A stretch of 64,000 bases of DNA, from the NCBI GenBank assembly GCA_963770895.1, contig CAVYRF010000002.1:3424001-3488000 (forward strand). Direction: 5' to 3'. Within the stretch, counting starts at the first letter, position 1; each line of letters opens with the position of its first letter. This document shows, piece by piece, positions 60,228 to 64,000 of the stretch. The translations under genes were made by a program, and so were the position numbers. The notes below the pieces were generated by a model that saw only the letters and a list, made by a program, of their open reading frames with translations, had not been told where the DNA came from and did no database searches. This DNA is from an uncultured Acidobacteriota bacterium. GTDB taxonomy: Bacteria; Acidobacteriota; Thermoanaerobaculia; Multivoradales; UBA5704.

Positions 60228-60980
60228 TCACGACGGCCCCTGGGCCGGCGCCGGCGCCTTGTCCTTGCGCTTCGACTCGCCCTTAAGCGGCAGCTCGTAG
60301 GCGTTGTGCACCAGACGGTCGAGCACGGCGTCGGCCAGCGTGGCGTCGCCGATCGCATCGTGCCAGGCGGCGACCGGCAGCTGGCTCGTCACCACCGTCG
60401 AGCGCCTGCCGTAGCGATCTTCGAGGATCTCCAGCAGATCACGCCGCTGAGCGTCGGTGAACGGATGCAGACAGAGGTCGTCGAGCACGAGGACGTCGGC
60501 CCGGGCAAGGTTGGCCAGCAGCTTGGAGTACCGGCCGTCCGCTTTGCCGGTGGCAAGCTCGGACAGCAGCCGTGGCACACGGTGATACAGCGCGGTGAAG
60601 CCTTCCCTGCACGCTTTGTGCGCCAGCGCACAGGCCAGAAAGCTTTTCCCCGTGCCGGTTTTCCCCGTAATCAAAATGTTAAGGTGTTGGGTGATCCACT
60701 GGCATGAGCACAGTGCCAGGAACAGCGCCCGATCGAGACCGCGCGGCAGGCGCAGGTCCACGTCTTCGACCGCGGCGGCCTGGCGCAGCCGTGCCTTGGC
60801 GAGACGGTCCTTCAGTCGGCGGTTCTCGCGCTCCGTCATCTCGCGATCGACCAGCAGCCCCAGGCGCTCGGTGAAGCCAAGCTCGTCGATGCCGGTCATC
60901 TGCAGCTGCTCCTCGAGCCCCTTGGCCATGCCGGTCAGCCGCAGGGCCTGGAGCTTGTCGAGCGTCGGATGGGTCAGCAT
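60228..60980 (-). CDS. istB: IS21 helper ATPase
   Basis: GKTGTGKS, LVLDD and DAVLDRLVHNA. Confidence 0.96.
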   Translation of the reverse strand: MLTHPTLDKLQALRLTGMAKGLEEQLQMTGIDELGFTERLGLLVDREMTERENRRLKDRLAKARLRQAAAVEDVDLRLPRGLDRALFLALCSCQWITQHLNILITGKTGTGKSFLACALAHKACREGFTALYHRVPRLLSELATGKADGRYSKLLANLARADVLVLDDLCLHPFTDAQRRDLLEILEDRYGRRSTVVTSQLPVAAWHDAIGDATLADAVLDRLVHNAYELPLKGESKRKDKAPAPAQGPS

Positions 60981-62533
60981 GGCTTCTGCTCCCCGCCGTA
61001 GTACGAAGCGCCGCGCAGGTTCTCATGCACGAGGGGTCGCCGCGCCGACTCGGCGGCCAGATCCATCTGCCGATCCAGCCCTCCCTGCAGGATGGAGCGC
61101 ACGCTGCGGAACGACGCGCCTTCGATCTCCAGCGCCAGCTGGCACGCCGCTTCCAGCCGCTCGTTGCCATACCGCTGCCCGAGCCGCAAGATCCCCAAAC
61201 ACGAGCGGAAGCCATGCTGCGGGTGCACTCGCGTCGACATCACCTGCTCGATCAGGCCGGCGACCGATGGCCCCGTCGTCTGCGACCACTGCACCAGCCG
61301 CTCGGGCGTCCACTCCGCATACGCCCGATGCGGCCGCGGCATGTGCTCGTGCTGCGTCGTGTGGGCTCCCCGGCGAAAGCAGCGCACATGGCTCGCCACC
61401 CGCTTGCTCTTGGCGAAGAACTCCACCGTTCTCGCGCTCAGCCGCACGTCCAGCTGCTGGCTCACCAGCTGGTACGGCACGCTGTAATAGTGGCCGTCGA
61501 CTTCGACGTGGTAGTCCGCCACGACGCGCCCCTTTTTCCACTCGGCGTAGCTGAAGCCCGACGCCGGCAGCGCCCGCAGAGCCGGCCGCTCCATGCTCTC
61601 AAAGAGCGACCGGCGCGAGCCCTCAAGCTTGCGGAATTGACGCTCGTTCAAGCGTATCAAAAGCATTCCAATCGCCTCGTTGAGCTCAGCAAGAGAAAAG
61701 AACTTCCGGTGCCGCAATCGGGCCAGGATCCAGCGTTCGACGACCTGCACCCCCACCTCCACTTTGGCCTTGTCGCGGGGCCGCCGCACGCGCGCCGGCA
61801 TCACTGCCACGCCGTAGTGCAACGCCAAATCGTGATAGGTAGGGTTCAGCTCCGGCTCGTACCGGCACGGCCGGCTGACCGCCGACTTCAAGTTATCGGG
61901 AACCACCATTTCGGTTAGGCCGCCGGCGAACTCAAAAGCCCGCACGTGCGAGCCGATCCAGTCCGCCAATCCCTGACTCCACGTCGCCTCCGCGAAGGTG
62001 TAGTTGCTCGCCCCCCACACCGCCACGAAGATCTGCGCCGCGTGCACCTCTCCCGTGCCGGCGTCGACCACCGGCACCGTCGCGCCGCAGTAGTCGACGA
62101 ACAGCTTCTCGCCAGCCCGATGCACCTGGCGCATCGACAGGTCCACCCGCCCCCGCCACTGGCCGTACAGCTCGCAGTACCGGCTGTAGCCGTAGCCGTG
62201 AGGCTCCCTCTCCCGGTACTCCTCCCACAGCAGCGACAGGGTCACCCCTTTGCCCTTGAGCTCGCTGTGCACGGCCGCCCAGTCCACCGCTGGCCGTCGC
62301 GCCGCCGGCACCTGCTCGACCACCGGGTAGAGCCGACGCTCCAGCGCCTCCTCGCCCAGCTCCGCCGCCACGGACCAGTCCAGCCCGCTCCTGCGCGCAC
62401 GGGCCACGCACTCCACAACCGTCGTCTTGCCTATCCCGCAGCAGTCCGCCACCTGCCGCTGGCTCAGACCGCAGACCCACAGCAATCGCAACATCTCTCG
62501 AATCTTTCTCACGTTCACTCTCCGTGCCGGCAT
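60974..62533 (-). CDS. istA: IS21 transposase
   Basis: GEKLFVDY, VVPDNLKS and RPRDKAKVE (DDE). Confidence 0.96.
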   Translation of the reverse strand: MPARRVNVRKIREMLRLLWVCGLSQRQVADCCGIGKTTVVECVARARRSGLDWSVAAELGEEALERRLYPVVEQVPAARRPAVDWAAVHSELKGKGVTLSLLWEEYREREPHGYGYSRYCELYGQWRGRVDLSMRQVHRAGEKLFVDYCGATVPVVDAGTGEVHAAQIFVAVWGASNYTFAEATWSQGLADWIGSHVRAFEFAGGLTEMVVPDNLKSAVSRPCRYEPELNPTYHDLALHYGVAVMPARVRRPRDKAKVEVGVQVVERWILARLRHRKFFSLAELNEAIGMLLIRLNERQFRKLEGSRRSLFESMERPALRALPASGFSYAEWKKGRVVADYHVEVDGHYYSVPYQLVSQQLDVRLSARTVEFFAKSKRVASHVRCFRRGAHTTQHEHMPRPHRAYAEWTPERLVQWSQTTGPSVAGLIEQVMSTRVHPQHGFRSCLGILRLGQRYGNERLEAACQLALEIEGASFRSVRSILQGGLDRQMDLAAESARRPLVHENLRGASYYGGEQKPC

Positions 62534-62797
62534 CTCGCTCCCTTCGTCGATGGAGACGAGCATGCCAGAGGTACGGAGCCGCCGCTTGTTGTCACCGCCC
62601 TTCTCGATCTCGATTCCGATCGAAGGCGACCACCCTTCCGGGGATGGCGACCACCCTTCCGGGCCAAGGGCTAAAAGTGGTCGCCTTCAGACTGGAATGG
62701 GGTGGTCGCCTTCCGTCGGAATCAGTGGTCGCCTTGCGACCGGAAACGGTGGTCGCCTTCGACCGGAATACGCATAACATAGCGCGGTAACGACACC

Positions 62798-63229
62798 GTG
62801 GGAGGGGTGCAGGCCGGAGCCCGTCCCACGGCCGGGCGCGCCGGTCGGAGCTCAGCGCCGCCGCCAGAAGCCTCGGTCCCTGGATACCTTTTCCGGTCCG
62901 GCGTTGGAGCGCGGCCTCTTCCTCGCGGAGGCACCTTCAGTCCGGGAACCCTCTTACCAGGAAGAAAACCCCGGAGCCGGAGCTATACGGTGTCATCTGC
63001 ACGCCGAAAATGGACCCAGTTGCAGGCTAAATTCCCCCCCTCGGAGGCAAGGGCGATGGAGCGGGAATGGTCCAAGCTCCCCGCGGCGCCTGAAGGCGCC
63101 GTGGAGCGGGAGTTGATCGGCGAACAGGTCTGGTCGGCGATGGAGGTCCTGCGGGGTAAGGCTTATCGAAGAAGGCGATTCGTCCGTCTGTACAAGAAGC
63201 CTTTGGCCTTTTTCCTCGACAGCGAGTGA
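62798..63229 (+). CDS. Possible hypothetical protein or fragment
   Basis: ORF only; the C-terminal half looks helical and protein-like. No recognised motif. Confidence 0.25.
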   Translation: MGGVQAGARPTAGRAGRSSAPPPEASVPGYLFRSGVGARPLPRGGTFSPGTLLPGRKPRSRSYTVSSARRKWTQLQAKFPPSEARAMEREWSKLPAAPEGAVERELIGEQVWSAMEVLRGKAYRRRRFVRLYKKPLAFFLDSE

Positions 63230-63242
63230 CGCCTGGCGAGGC

Positions 63243-63617
63243 TTACCCGCGCGAGGCAAGCCACCGCTCGAAAGCTCGCCGGATGCGCGGGCATGGGTGT
63301 TTAATCTCGTCGCGCTCCCAGGCAGAGACGGTCGATGGGTCGAGACCGAACCGGCGGGCCAGCGCTTCCGCAGAGAGTCCCGCGGCCTGCCGCGCGGCCC
63401 TCACGTGTCCGCCAAAGGTTTCTGGCTCCGGCCGGGGGTCGTAGCCGAGGAAGGCGAGGATGCCGGGCAGGAAGCGCAGCCCCGGCGTGCCCCGCCCCGC
63501 CTCCCAACTCGCGAGGCTCGGCTGCGAGCAGCCGATCTCGCGGGCCGCGTGTCGCTGGCGGAGGCCCCGGTCAAGGCGCGCCCGCCGGAGATGCTCGCCG
63601 AAGGTCGCCGGCGCCAC
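63243..63617 (-). CDS. Tandem XRE helix-turn-helix protein
   Basis: Two HTH_3-like repeats (TFGEHLRRAR..SWE; TFGGHVRAAR..AWE). The frame stays open upstream into the palindromic site. Confidence 0.8.
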   Translation of the reverse strand: MAPATFGEHLRRARLDRGLRQRHAAREIGCSQPSLASWEAGRGTPGLRFLPGILAFLGYDPRPEPETFGGHVRAARQAAGLSAEALARRFGLDPSTVSAWERDEIKHPCPRIRRAFERWLASRG

Positions 63618-63666
63618 CGGGTAACCCTGCGGATTCGACTTCCGTCCTCGTAAGCGGACACGAACA

Positions 63667-63698
63667 CTTATGCACGCAACCCAAGGGCTGCGTGCACC
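63667..63698. repeat. Palindromic att-like site, right copy
   Basis: Contains TGCACGCA-A-CCC-AA-GGG-C-TGCGTGCA (63671-63696). Confidence 0.7.
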
Positions 63699-63699
63699 T

Positions 63700-63780
63700 T
63701 TTGTGATCCGCTTGCGGGGCAGGATTCTTCGCCCTGGCTATCCTCAGAACCGTCGCACCCTGGGCGAGCACCTCAAGTAG
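63700..63780 (+). pseudogene. Truncated paralog of the XRE gene N-terminus
   Basis: FVIRLRGRILRPGYPQNRRTLGEHLK-stop, compared with VRVRLRGRKSNPQGYPVAPATFGEHLRR on the opposite strand. Confidence 0.6.
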
Positions 63781-64000
63781 CCGAAGTCCCAGGGGAGCCG
63801 AGGCGGAGGCGCCGGTGCACTTGGTAAGGAGCAGGGGCCGACGCAGTAATCTCGTCGCTCGGCCCGAGGTGTAGATGGGTTGCTATTCATGCGGTGAATG
63901 GATATCATTCGCGGCGTGAATGAACCATCCCGCACCCTGTCGCGATTCCTTGCGCCCCGCCTGGCCGTTCTCCTCAAGTCGTTTCCGGCAGTCGTCCTCA

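Larger units (their letters stand above)
59715..62774 (-). mobile_element. IS21-family insertion sequence, 3060 bp
   Basis: TG...CA ends with IRs TGCG(G/T)ATTCCGG..GAAGGCGACCAC, multiple GGCGACCAC boxes and an 8-bp TSD TAACATAG (59707-59714, 62775-62782). Confidence 0.95.

Noticed and set aside
62600-62774. Six GGCGACCAC boxes resembling a mini-CRISPR or iteron array
   Set aside because: They are IS21 terminal transposase-binding repeats that match the other IS end, with short spacing and mixed orientation.

Overview
High-GC bacterial DNA, most likely Acidobacteriota (Thermoanaerobaculia-like). That taxonomy is inferred from the ADOP permease, the PKD protein's C-terminal domain and the peptide leader style. 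In order, the window holds: (1) the edge of a probable biosynthetic locus (flavin halogenase, PvdE/SyrD-type exporter, ACAD-fold flavoprotein, divergent unknown enzyme); (2) a sigma54 activator plus Ser/Thr kinase-TPR module, next to two divergent sigma54 promoters that share a perfect 28-bp palindrome and drive a DP-EP protein and a thaumatin-like protein; (3) katG and a hybrid histidine kinase; (4) a nuclease-NB-ARC-WD40 NLR-like protein; (5) assorted envelope, peptidase and transport genes and glcDEF; (6) an orphan lanthipeptide-like precursor and VapBC modules; (7) a lower-GC accessory segment (HExxH protein, partner ORF, XRE protein) bounded by two 32-bp palindromic att-like direct repeats and interrupted by an intact IS21 with an 8-bp target duplication. 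No rRNA, tRNA or CRISPR array was seen. All calls come from motif reading; no database searches were run.
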